Below, in pieces: positions 19,433-28,656 of a stretch of DNA of 64,000 nucleotides. Below the pieces are notes generated by a model, which was given only the letters and a program-made list of their open reading frames with translations, was not told the origin of the DNA and did not search any database. Position 1 is the first letter of the stretch; the number at the start of each line of letters is the position of its first letter. This DNA is from Fluviicola sp. (GTDB lineage Bacteria; Bacteroidota; Bacteroidia; Flavobacteriales_D; Crocinitomicaceae). The translations under genes were made by a program, and so were the position numbers. Location of the stretch: contig JARWZO010000005.1 of assembly GCA_029866325.1 (NCBI GenBank), positions 215,049 through 279,048 of the forward strand. Reading direction: 5' to 3'.

Positions 19433-22400
19433 ATGATTACACGCGTTCTATTACCGCTTTTCGCTTTTCTCTCGCTGCTTCCGTTCTCAGGTTGGTCGCA
19501 GGTAGTGATTAACGAATACTCTTGTTCAAATATGAACGGTATCACCGATGCTTTCGGTGAGCGAGAAGATTGGATCGAATTATACAATACTTCTGCAACG
19601 GCAGTTGATTTGACGGGTTATTATTTGTCGGACAATGATAATAACCTCACAAAATGGCTTATTCCATCAGGATCAATTCCTGCGAATGGGTATAAAATGG
19701 TTTTCTGTTCCGGTAGAGATTTGGTATCAGGCACACAATATCACCCGAACTTTAGATTGACGCAAACAGAAAACGATTGGATTATTCTTACACTTCCTAA
19801 TGGAAACGTGATGGATTCCATTCAGATCGTGCACATGACGAAAGGTGATCACTCAGTTGGACGTTCTAACAATGCAGCAATTGATTGGAAATTATTTACA
19901 ACTCCTACACCCAATGCGGCCAATACCGGAGCGGTTAATTTTTATACGGACACACCTGTTTTCAGTGTAGCCCCCGGATTTTATGCTGGTGCCCAAAGCG
20001 TAACAATTACTTGTCCGGATGCTTCAGCTACCATTCGCTATACAACAGACGGTTCGGTTCCAACAGCAGCATCAACGCTTTATGCTGGACCTGTAAACAT
20101 CGCAACAACAACCGTTTTACGCGCCCGCGCTTTCTCGGCAAATCTCACAAGTTTTTCTCAATCTGGAACCTACTTTATCAATGTGAATCATACGGTTCCG
20201 GTTGTTTCTGTTGCGGGAGCAGGTAACGGTAGTGTAGCTGATTTACTTAATGGCAACCAAGTTACACCTCAGGGCTTTTTTGAATTGTGGGAAGACGATC
20301 AAACATTAGCCGGAAAAGGTGAAGGTGAGTTCAATAAACACGGAAATGACTCTTGGGCTTATGATCAACGCGGTTTCGACTACATCATGCGTGATGAATT
20401 CGGCTACAACAACGACATCGCTCACCAGATTTTCCCTGAAACTCCAAGAAACAACTTCCAACGCCTCATTTTGAAACCGGGGGCGAGTGATAATTTTCCA
20501 TTTGAAGGTGGTGGTGCGCATATCAGAGACGCATTCATTCACACGCTTTCGCAGAAAGCAGACATGAAATTGGATGAGCGAACATGGAGACCCTGTGTTG
20601 TTTATCTAAACGGTCAGTATTGGGGAGTGTATGAAATTCGTGAAAAAGCAGATGATGCTGATTACACTGATTATTATGCTGATCAAGATAAATACCATCT
20701 GCAATACTTGAAAACGTGGGGTGGAACTTGGGAGGATTATGGTGCGCCAAATGCCTTAAATGACTGGAATGCTTTGAGGACTTATATCAACGCCAACAAC
20801 ATGGGTGTTCAAGCCAATTTTGATTATGTAGATAGTCAACTTAATTGGGAATCGTTGGTGGATTATTTTGTTATCAACTCTTATACTGTGAACCAAGACT
20901 GGTTAAACTGGAACACTTCTTGGTGGCGCGGTACCGATCCGTTGGGTGACAAGAAAAAATGGCGTTATTCTCTTTGGGATATGGATGCCACTTTTGGACA
21001 TTACGTTAATTATACTGGAATTCCAGATAATACTCCAGCAGCCGATCCATGTAATGCCGAAAATTTACCAGATCCGGGTGGCCAAGGACATACTGAGATT
21101 CTATCAAAGTTGATTGCCGAAAATCCGGTAGTGGAACAATATTACATCGCTCGCTATTCCGATTTGGTAAATACATACTTGTCATGTGATTACATGAATT
21201 TCCTGTTGGATAGTATGATCAATGAAATTCAACCGGAAATGGCACAACATGCCACAAGATGGGGTGGTAATTATGCTACCTGGCAAGCGAATGTGCAGGC
21301 ATTGCGCGATTTTATTGATACACGTTGTTTGGAACTTACCCAAGGAATGATCGATTGTTACGAACTGGAAGGGCCGTATAACTTGGTTGTTGATGTTTCC
21401 CCAGCTGGTGCCGGAGAAGTAAAGGTGAATTCTGTTTGGGCTCCTGTTTATCCGTGGGCAGCGACTTATTTTGGAGGAATCAACACCAACTTTATTGCAA
21501 AGGCAAATATCGGCTATGTGTTTGATCACTGGGAATTTACCACGGGACCCATGCTCCAAGCGATAGGTGAAGACACCAACGCCATGTCATTGACCGGTCC
21601 CGAAAATGTGGTAGCCGTATTCATTGCCGACAATCCTGATTTGGATGGTGATGGCATTTTGAATGTGGATGAGGTTGCCAATGGCACCGATCCGAATAAT
21701 CCGGATACGGATGGTGACGGTGAAAACGATGGTGTTGAAACCGGAGCAGATCCTGCTAACCCACTTGATACGGATGGTGACGGCATTATCGATGCATTGG
21801 ATTCTTCTATTGTTGATACAGATGGAGATGGTGTAAACGATGAAACCGATCCGGCAAATACCGATCCTTGTATTCCAAATCCGAATGCCGGTCCTTGTGA
21901 TCAGGATGGTGATGGCTTGACGAATGCAGAAGAAGCAACTGAAGGTACAGATCCTACCAATCCTGATACGGATGGTGATGGAATCAATGACGGAAGTGAG
22001 GTAACTGCTTCAACCGATCCGCTAGACCCATGCGATCCACCAAATGCTACACCTGGTTGTAACATCGATACCGATGGCGATGGACTATTGGATACACAAG
22101 AAACATTGATCGGAACCGATCCGAACAATCCTGATACGGACGGTGACGGAATTGCCGACGGTGTTGAAGTTGCCGGTGGAACAAATCCACTCGACGATTG
22201 CGATCCGAACCCTGTGGGAGACAATTGTTTCAATGGAATCTTCATGCCAACCGGATTCTCTCCGAATGGAGATGGATTGAACGATTACCTAAGCCCTAAA
22301 GTGGGGAATAACGTAGTGAAATTCACATGGTTCTTATACGATCGTTGGGGTAACCGCATGGTGATGTCATCTGACCCAGTCTTTAAATGGGACGGAAACT

Positions 22401-22507
22401 TTAACGGAGTGAAAGTAAACTCCGGAGCTTACGCCTACATGCTAGAGGTAGAATATACAGATGGTAAGAAAGAAACGTTGTCCGGCAACGTTACCGTAAC
22501 AAGATAA
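19433..22507 (+). CDS. CotH-family kinase with lamin-tail and Fn3-like domains, DxDGDG Ca-binding repeats and a T9SS type B (gliding-motility/CHU_C) C-terminal domain
   Basis: VINEYSCSN...DWIELYN (lamin tail), [25 protein letters not shown] and WDMDATFG (CotH), eight DxDGDG motifs, [10 protein letters not shown]...YDRWG...WDG. Confidence 0.85.
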   Translation: MITRVLLPLFAFLSLLPFSGWSQVVINEYSCSNMNGITDAFGEREDWIELYNTSATAVDLTGYYLSDNDNNLTKWLIPSGSIPANGYKMVFCSGRDLVSGTQYHPNFRLTQTENDWIILTLPNGNVMDSIQIVHMTKGDHSVGRSNNAAIDWKLFTTPTPNAANTGAVNFYTDTPVFSVAPGFYAGAQSVTITCPDASATIRYTTDGSVPTAASTLYAGPVNIATTTVLRARAFSANLTSFSQSGTYFINVNHTVPVVSVAGAGNGSVADLLNGNQVTPQGFFELWEDDQTLAGKGEGEFNKHGNDSWAYDQRGFDYIMRDEFGYNNDIAHQIFPETPRNNFQRLILKPGASDNFPFEGGGAHIRDAFIHTLSQKADMKLDERTWRPCVVYLNGQYWGVYEIREKADDADYTDYYADQDKYHLQYLKTWGGTWEDYGAPNALNDWNALRTYINANNMGVQANFDYVDSQLNWESLVDYFVINSYTVNQDWLNWNTSWWRGTDPLGDKKKWRYSLWDMDATFGHYVNYTGIPDNTPAADPCNAENLPDPGGQGHTEILSKLIAENPVVEQYYIARYSDLVNTYLSCDYMNFLLDSMINEIQPEMAQHATRWGGNYATWQANVQALRDFIDTRCLELTQGMIDCYELEGPYNLVVDVSPAGAGEVKVNSVWAPVYPWAATYFGGINTNFIAKANIGYVFDHWEFTTGPMLQAIGEDTNAMSLTGPENVVAVFIADNPDLDGDGILNVDEVANGTDPNNPDTDGDGENDGVETGADPANPLDTDGDGIIDALDSSIVDTDGDGVNDETDPANTDPCIPNPNAGPCDQDGDGLTNAEEATEGTDPTNPDTDGDGINDGSEVTASTDPLDPCDPPNATPGCNIDTDGDGLLDTQETLIGTDPNNPDTDGDGIADGVEVAGGTNPLDDCDPNPVGDNCFNGIFMPTGFSPNGDGLNDYLSPKVGNNVVKFTWFLYDRWGNRMVMSSDPVFKWDGNFNGVKVNSGAYAYMLEVEYTDGKKETLSGNVTVTR
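21638..22210 (+). repeat. Intragenic thrombospondin type-3-like repeats (8 x DxDGDG)
   Basis: Repeated DTDGDG..D..E...GTDP.NP units in the translation. Confidence 0.8.
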
Positions 22508-22510
22508 GCA

Positions 22511-23548
22511 ATGAAACGCTGGATAATTGGAATAATAGTAGGTCTTGGATCAACCGTGAGTTGGTCTCAGGATCTTCATTTCTCACAGGTTTTGCAATCT
22601 CCCGTATTGCTGAATCCGGGTGCCACCGGAGTTTACAACGGATGGGAGCGCATTACCTTGCACCACCGCAATCAATGGCTGGGTGCTAACACACAATTTA
22701 TGTCGACCGCATTTGCAGCGGAAGCTACCTTTTTGAAGAATCCTCGCAAAAACACCGGTTATTTGGGAATAGGAGTTTCATTCTTTAATGACATGGGTGG
22801 TGACGCAAAATTCGGGAATCAATTGGGAGCACTAACCTTATCAGGTGTACTTCCAATGGGCGGAGCAGGTCAGATTTCATTAGGAATCCAAGGCGGCTTC
22901 GGTAACCGAAAAGGAGACATGTCGCGATTGCTTTATGAAAGTCAATGGAACGGCTCCGGGTTTGATCCTACCATTTATTCCGGTGAAGGCGACGGCTTAA
23001 ATTCATTCAGTTATGCAGATGTTTCTACAGGAATCTTTTATCAATACGATGGCAGTTCATCTACCTTCGCACGTAATAACAACATGAAGTTGCAGGTTGG
23101 TGCGGCTGTTTACCACGCAAATGCTCCACAGATGAACTACAGAGCCGGCGGAACGGAACAATTGGCGCGAAAATATGTCGGTTTGGTCAATTATGCCATG
23201 GATCTTCCGAATACGGAATGGTCATTCGACGTTCAATTTGTACAGTTCATTCAAGGTGGTCACTACGAAACCATTTTCGGAGGGTTAACGCGCAGACGTT
23301 TTCAGGAAGGGACCAAAATTACCGGTTACTCGCAAGATGCATCGTTTGGTTTTGGAGCGTATGTGCGCATGAAAGACGCGATCATTCCAACTGTACAGGT
23401 CGATTATAAAGGTTTTCGCTTCGGGTTATCGTATGATCTGATCATCTCACGTATGCGTAGATCGTATGGTGGAGGAAGCATCGAATTATCTGTTAGTTAT
23501 ACCAATATGGCTCACGCACTTTTCAAAGGGCGTAGAAAAGGGTACTAA
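22511..23548 (+). CDS. PorP/SprF-family T9SS membrane protein
   Basis: QDLHFSQ...LLNPGATG, HRNQW, FRFGLSYD and GGSIELS; 3 nt downstream of a type B CTD cargo. Confidence 0.9.
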   Translation: MKRWIIGIIVGLGSTVSWSQDLHFSQVLQSPVLLNPGATGVYNGWERITLHHRNQWLGANTQFMSTAFAAEATFLKNPRKNTGYLGIGVSFFNDMGGDAKFGNQLGALTLSGVLPMGGAGQISLGIQGGFGNRKGDMSRLLYESQWNGSGFDPTIYSGEGDGLNSFSYADVSTGIFYQYDGSSSTFARNNNMKLQVGAAVYHANAPQMNYRAGGTEQLARKYVGLVNYAMDLPNTEWSFDVQFVQFIQGGHYETIFGGLTRRRFQEGTKITGYSQDASFGFGAYVRMKDAIIPTVQVDYKGFRFGLSYDLIISRMRRSYGGGSIELSVSYTNMAHALFKGRRKGY

Positions 23549-23568
23549 AAACGATAAATTACACGAAG

Positions 23569-23608
23569 GAGTCGTTGTTCAGTTGAAAGACAGAATAACG
23601 GCTTTTTT
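23569..23608 (+). terminator. Rho-independent terminator after the porP-like gene
   Basis: GAGTCGTTGTTC...GAATAACGGCTT stem followed by a T run. Confidence 0.7.
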
Positions 23609-23695
23609 GTTGGTTAACAATTTTGTAATATCCCGAATAAAGGAATATTTTCTAGTTTAACGCAAGAAAAAAAATAAAAAAGCATCTAACAGAAC

Positions 23696-24427
23696 ATGTG
23701 TTGTTTTCTAAGAAAAGGTGCTGCTAAAATCAAGCTGTTAATTTCCGATGGGAAAACCACATCACTATTGATTGGGTTTTTGTCAGCTTTTTCGCTTACC
23801 GCGCAAACCGATTGGAGTGTTTCTTTCAAGCCAATGATCGAACAACAACCGTTGGTACTCAACCAAATTTATGCAGTTAAAAACGATACCTTTCGCATTG
23901 ACGTATTCCGTTTTTATCTTTCAGGGATTTCTTTTTTGAAGCAAGGGGAAACTGTATTTAGTGAATCGAATAGTTATCATCTGATTGATGCCGAAGACAC
24001 TGCAAGTTACCGAATCGCGTTTCATTCACCCAAAAACCTCACGTTTGATGAAATTCAATTCAATGTAGGAATAGACAGCGCTACCAATGTTGCAGGTGTA
24101 ATGGGTGGAGATTTGGACCCGACAAAAGGAATGTATTGGTCGTGGCAAAGTGGTTATATCAACTTTAAACTGGAAGGCTGGAACCCGAAATCAACAGCCC
24201 GGAAACACGAATTTCAATACCATTTAGGTGGTTACATGGTTCCCTATTCGGCGCTTACAACCGTTCGAATTCCTTTTGATAAAGAGCAATCAACGGATAG
24301 TATTACAGTTCAACTGGCTACTTTTCTGGAACAATTAAATACAGCCGAATTGCCCGCAATTATGTCGCCCGGTGAACGCGCGGTGACATTATCTCAAGTC
24401 TTACCAACGATTTTCTCCTCAAAATGA
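23696..24427 (+). CDS. MbnP-family protein
   Basis: FRFYLSGI, IQFNVGID and DLDPTKGMYWSWQSGYINFKLEG with the WxW motif; start codon uncertain. Confidence 0.8.
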   Translation: MCCFLRKGAAKIKLLISDGKTTSLLIGFLSAFSLTAQTDWSVSFKPMIEQQPLVLNQIYAVKNDTFRIDVFRFYLSGISFLKQGETVFSESNSYHLIDAEDTASYRIAFHSPKNLTFDEIQFNVGIDSATNVAGVMGGDLDPTKGMYWSWQSGYINFKLEGWNPKSTARKHEFQYHLGGYMVPYSALTTVRIPFDKEQSTDSITVQLATFLEQLNTAELPAIMSPGERAVTLSQVLPTIFSSK

Positions 24428-25440
24428 TTCATCGGTTCTACCTCATTCTCTTACTGATCTTTGTCGGTTTTGCTATGATGAAACCCGATAAAAATCCGGT
24501 GATTCATGTGCCGAAGGGGTGGCCGAAACCGACGTATGATTTTAAAAAAAATCCGCTTAACGAAGCGACCATCGAGTTGGGTAGACAACTGTTTTATGAT
24601 CCGGTTTTATCGCGAAACGATCAGGTTTCGTGTGCCAGTTGTCACCTGCAACAAACAGCATTTACACACATTGATCACGCGTTGAGTCATGGGATAGACG
24701 ACCGCATCGGAAACCGTAATTCGCCGGCATTGGTCAACCTGGCCTGGGGCAAGATTTTCATGTGGGACGGAGCGGTAAATCACTTGGATGTGCAAGCTCT
24801 TGCCCCAATCGAAAATCACCTTGAAATGGATGAGAAAATAGCGAATGTGGTGCTAAAACTGCAAGCGTCTAAAACGTATAGAGGGCGTTTTTTCAACGCT
24901 TTCGGCGACAGTACGGTTACAGGTGAGCGAACCTTGAAATCCATTTCACAATTCCTACTCACTTTGGTAAGCACCAATTCCAAATACGATCAGGTAATGC
25001 GAAAAGAAAAAGGTATTCAATTCAGCGAATCAGAGCAAAAAGGATACGTCTTGTTCAAAAAGCATTGCGCTGCTTGCCATACGGAGCCTTTGTTTACGAA
25101 TGGTTTGTTTGAAAACAATGGCCTTAAACCTGATTCTACACTGAACGACATTGGTAGAATGGGCGTCACACACCGTAGTTCCGATTCACTCAAATTTAAA
25201 GTACCCACACTTCGGAATATTGAACGATCACCTCCTTATATGCACGATGGCCGATTCAGGAACCTGCAAATGGTACTATTTCATTATAGCAACGGAATTC
25301 ATGCATCTCCCACGCTTTCTCCACAACTCAAGAATACAATTGCGTTGAACGAACAGGAAAAAGGGTGTGTGATTGCATTTTTAAAAACACTTACGGATAC
25401 CGAATTTTTAATGAATCCGAAGTACGGTTACCCCAAATGA
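24424..25440 (+). CDS. Di-heme MbnH/MauG-type cytochrome c peroxidase-family protein
   Basis: Two CxxCH motifs (CASCH, CAACH), LGRQLFYDP, FMWDG and FKVPTLRNI...PYMHDG; overlaps the mbnP-like gene by 4 nt. Confidence 0.88.
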   Translation: MIHRFYLILLLIFVGFAMMKPDKNPVIHVPKGWPKPTYDFKKNPLNEATIELGRQLFYDPVLSRNDQVSCASCHLQQTAFTHIDHALSHGIDDRIGNRNSPALVNLAWGKIFMWDGAVNHLDVQALAPIENHLEMDEKIANVVLKLQASKTYRGRFFNAFGDSTVTGERTLKSISQFLLTLVSTNSKYDQVMRKEKGIQFSESEQKGYVLFKKHCAACHTEPLFTNGLFENNGLKPDSTLNDIGRMGVTHRSSDSLKFKVPTLRNIERSPPYMHDGRFRNLQMVLFHYSNGIHASPTLSPQLKNTIALNEQEKGCVIAFLKTLTDTEFLMNPKYGYPK

Positions 25441-25472
25441 GGGAAGTAAATAACGATAAATAATAGAAGAGT

Positions 25473-26771
25473 ATGAAAAAGCTATGTTTGATGTTAGCAG
25501 GGTTTAGTGGCTTCGTAGCGTATGCCCAACCCGAGATTGAAAATTGGTTGATGAATCAAGGAGAGTATGCCAGTTATTGGGAAAACACCGGGGGCATGGG
25601 TAATCCCGACAATTTTGTGTTTAGCACGAGCACCGTACTTGCCAATGTTACCCGAGTGTGTTACAACAGCACGTATGTTTGGGTAGAATCGGATGGAATG
25701 ACTACTAGTATGGGACAATTCTTGAACCCGGGAGCACCGTCAGCACAAGATTACACTTATCGTTTTCCGCGAACACCAACTGTTCCGGCAACCAAGACAG
25801 GTGCTCCTTATGAAGGCTCCATTGGTTTGCTGAACAACGGAGTTCCTGTATATGGATTGTCAAATGCCCATTATTACAATGGTTCGGGCAACAATGGAAA
25901 TGGAACCGGAACATGGAATGTAGAAGTTTATTTGGCAGAAGGTTTCGTGCTTGATTCTACGCTGGGTGCTCATCCGCAGCAACAAGGCGCTTATCACAGT
26001 CATGCCAAACCGTATCGATTGTATGCTACAACACCGAGTAATGAACATTCACCGATTGTTGGCTATGCCTTCGATGGTTACCCGATTTACGGACCTTACG
26101 GATATACAACGGCGATGAACGCATCAAGCGGAATTTCACGTATGAAAACCGGATTTTCATTGCGCAATATCACCACGCGTACCACTTTACCTGATGGAAG
26201 TAGTTTGAGTGCCGCAGATTACGGTCCGGCAGTTAGCTCTACGTATCCTTTGGGAACCTATATCGAAGACTACCAATGGTCGGCTGGCAACGGTGGCGAT
26301 TTGGATGAATACAACGGTCGTTTTTGTGTAACACCCGAATACCCGAGCGGAACGTATGCTTATTTCGTAACGATTGATGCCAACGGAACACCGGAATTTC
26401 CGTATTACATCGGAACGGAATATTACGGAGCGCCAGAGGTAGACGATATCACGATGGGAGCGACAATTACTGTTCCTTCTTCTGGTGTGACTTGTTTCAC
26501 AGATCCGTTATCAGTGAATGAAGCTGCACAAAAAGAAACCATTTTAGTAGCTCCAAATCCATCGAATGGTGTATTTAACCTTCAATTACCGGATATATCA
26601 GGAAGCACAACGGTTGAAATTTACAATACAGCTGGTCAGCAAATCTTTACACAAACCATCACAACAAATGAATTACTCATCGATCTTTCTGCTCAAAATA
26701 GTTCAGGAGTATTGTTGCTGAAAGTTACCAATAACGGTCAATCCTATTATTCGAAAATCGCTTTGAAGTAA
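25473..26771 (+). CDS. YHYH-domain protein with a T9SS type A sorting domain
   Basis: IGLLNNGVPVY, GAHP...GAYHSHA, HSPIVGYAFDGYPIYGPYG, DLDEYNGRFCVTPEYP.G.YAYF; CTD VAPNPSNG...IYNTAGQ...KIALK. Confidence 0.85.
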   Translation: MKKLCLMLAGFSGFVAYAQPEIENWLMNQGEYASYWENTGGMGNPDNFVFSTSTVLANVTRVCYNSTYVWVESDGMTTSMGQFLNPGAPSAQDYTYRFPRTPTVPATKTGAPYEGSIGLLNNGVPVYGLSNAHYYNGSGNNGNGTGTWNVEVYLAEGFVLDSTLGAHPQQQGAYHSHAKPYRLYATTPSNEHSPIVGYAFDGYPIYGPYGYTTAMNASSGISRMKTGFSLRNITTRTTLPDGSSLSAADYGPAVSSTYPLGTYIEDYQWSAGNGGDLDEYNGRFCVTPEYPSGTYAYFVTIDANGTPEFPYYIGTEYYGAPEVDDITMGATITVPSSGVTCFTDPLSVNEAAQKETILVAPNPSNGVFNLQLPDISGSTTVEIYNTAGQQIFTQTITTNELLIDLSAQNSSGVLLLKVTNNGQSYYSKIALK

Positions 26772-26790
26772 AGTAGGTTTATAGACGAGG

Positions 26791-26828
26791 AACCCGGTAG
26801 CTGTTTTGGTTATCGGGTTTTCTTTTTT
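26791..26828 (+). terminator. Rho-independent terminator after the YHYH gene
   Basis: AACCCGGTAGC-loop-GTTATCGGGTT followed by a T-rich tail. Confidence 0.75.
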
Positions 26829-26913
26829 CGGGCAGACTATTCTTAAAGTTGACTTCAAACTAAAACGATTTACATTCTTTTAAACACCGTTCGTTTTTCC
26901 CGATTAAAGACAC

Positions 26914-26921
26914 TACTTTTG
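26914..26921 (+). promoter_or_regulatory. -7 promoter element (TACTTTTG) for purH
   Basis: TAnnTTTG 23 nt before the ATG. Confidence 0.6.
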
Positions 26922-26944
26922 CGGTCTCAAAAATCAGGAAAAGC

Positions 26945-28477
26945 ATGGAGCAGTCAACGAAAATCACAGCAGCACTTATTTCGGTTTATTACAAAGACGG
27001 ATTGGAACCGATTGTTCGTCGTTTGCATGCCGATAACGTGGTTATTTACTCAACCGGTGGAACGCAGGCTTTTATAGAAGCATTGGGTATTCCGGTAGTT
27101 GCTGTGGAATCGATGACCAACTATCCTGAGATTTTTGGAGGTCGTGTAAAAACGCTTCATCCTGCTATTTTCGGCGGAATTTTGCATCGAAGAAACCTGC
27201 AAGCCGACCTTGATCAAGCTGCGCAATTTAATATTCCCACCATCGATTTGGTGATCGTGGATTTGTATCCGTTTGAAGAAACATTGGCTTCAGGAGCTGC
27301 TCACCAGGATATTATTGAGAAAATTGATATCGGTGGCATTTCACTCATTCGAGCTGCAGCTAAGAATTACAATGATGTGGTGATTATTCCTTCAGTGAAT
27401 CAATATGCTCGTTTCCAAGAAATCTTGGAGGCAAACGGAGCTGCAACTACATTGGAACAACGCAAGGCATTTGCGCGTGATGCGTTCATGGTTTCTTCCC
27501 ATTACGACACGCACATTTTTCGTTACTTCAATCAGCAAGATCCGCTGCCGGTTTTCAAAGAAAGTATACTTGAATCGCAGCCGCTGCGTTATGGAGAGAA
27601 CCCACACCAACGTGGTTGGTTCCATGGTGATTTCGCTGCGATGTTTAATCAATTGCACGGAAAAGAATTATCCTACAACAACTTATTGGATGTTGATGCA
27701 GCGGTTCAGCTCATGGCCGAATTCAAAGACAACGATCCTACATTCGCAATATTAAAACACAACAATGCCTGTGGATTGGCAACGCGTTCAACCTTAAAAC
27801 AAGCCTACGCCGATGCGTTGGCAGGCGATCCTACTTCAGCTTTCGGTGGTATTTTGATCGCTAATCGTCCGATTGATTTGGCTACTGCCGAATTGGTAAA
27901 CGACCTGTTCTGTGAAGTGGTAGTAGCTCCGTCGTTCGATGCAGATGCGCTGGAAGTATTGAAAAGCAAAAAGAACCGCATTTTATTAATACAGAAAGAA
28001 GCCGCAATGCCACAACGTCAATTCAGAACATTACTGAATGGCGTATTGGAGCAAGACAAGGATTTATTGTCTGAAACGGCTGCAGATTTCACACCACGTA
28101 CCAACACGGTTCCAACGGCCCAAGAAGTAGAAGACTTGGTGTTTGCCAACAAACTGGTGAAGCACACCAAATCAAACACAATTATTTTGGCGAAAAACGG
28201 ACAATTGATTGCGAGCGGTACGGGTGAAACATCTCGTGTTGATGCGTTACGACATGCCATCGAAAAAGCAAAAGCATTTCAGTTCGACCTCAACGGTGCG
28301 GTTATGGCTTCGGATGCGTTTTTCCCATTCCCTGATTGTGTTGAAATAGCTCATTTAGCCGGAATTACAGCTGTTGTTCAACCCGGAGGTTCCATCAAAG
28401 ATGAATTATCAATTGATTATTGCAACGCCAATGGAGTAGCTATGGTCTTTACCGGAAACAGACATTTTAAACATTAA
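26945..28477 (+). CDS. purH: Bifunctional AICAR transformylase / IMP cyclohydrolase
   Basis: STGGT, GRVKTLHP, IDIGGISLIRAAAKN, LRYGENPHQ, MASDAFFPF and FTGNRHFKH. Confidence 0.98.
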   Translation: MEQSTKITAALISVYYKDGLEPIVRRLHADNVVIYSTGGTQAFIEALGIPVVAVESMTNYPEIFGGRVKTLHPAIFGGILHRRNLQADLDQAAQFNIPTIDLVIVDLYPFEETLASGAAHQDIIEKIDIGGISLIRAAAKNYNDVVIIPSVNQYARFQEILEANGAATTLEQRKAFARDAFMVSSHYDTHIFRYFNQQDPLPVFKESILESQPLRYGENPHQRGWFHGDFAAMFNQLHGKELSYNNLLDVDAAVQLMAEFKDNDPTFAILKHNNACGLATRSTLKQAYADALAGDPTSAFGGILIANRPIDLATAELVNDLFCEVVVAPSFDADALEVLKSKKNRILLIQKEAAMPQRQFRTLLNGVLEQDKDLLSETAADFTPRTNTVPTAQEVEDLVFANKLVKHTKSNTIILAKNGQLIASGTGETSRVDALRHAIEKAKAFQFDLNGAVMASDAFFPFPDCVEIAHLAGITAVVQPGGSIKDELSIDYCNANGVAMVFTGNRHFKH

Positions 28478-28482
28478 TGCCA

Positions 28483-28552
28483 AATTGAAAATGTAAAATT
28501 GAAAAGGGTGGAATCACTTACTTTTCAATTTTACATTTTCAATTTTCAATTA
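28483..28552. repeat. Heptamer-built perfect inverted repeat (24 bp) with a 14-nt spacer
   Basis: AATTGAAAATGTAAAATTGAAAAG (28483-28506) and CTTTTCAATTTTACATTTTCAATT (28521-28544). Confidence 0.8.
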
Positions 28553-28588
28553 ACCTGATAATTCCCCCGTAATTCAATTTATTTACTC

Positions 28589-28596
28589 TACTTTTG
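28589..28596 (+). promoter_or_regulatory. -7 promoter element (TACTTTTG) for mreB
   Basis: TAnnTTTG in the purH-mreB spacer. Confidence 0.55.
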
Positions 28597-28656
28597 TAAC
28601 CATTTCCGGATTTTTACGAAAAAGGGGAAGTTTACAAGCATAACGCAGCGCAATAA

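Noticed and set aside
21526-22245. Minus-strand ORFs with repeated PSPSVS motifs
   Set aside because: Antisense reading of the DxDGDG repeats of the CotH protein.
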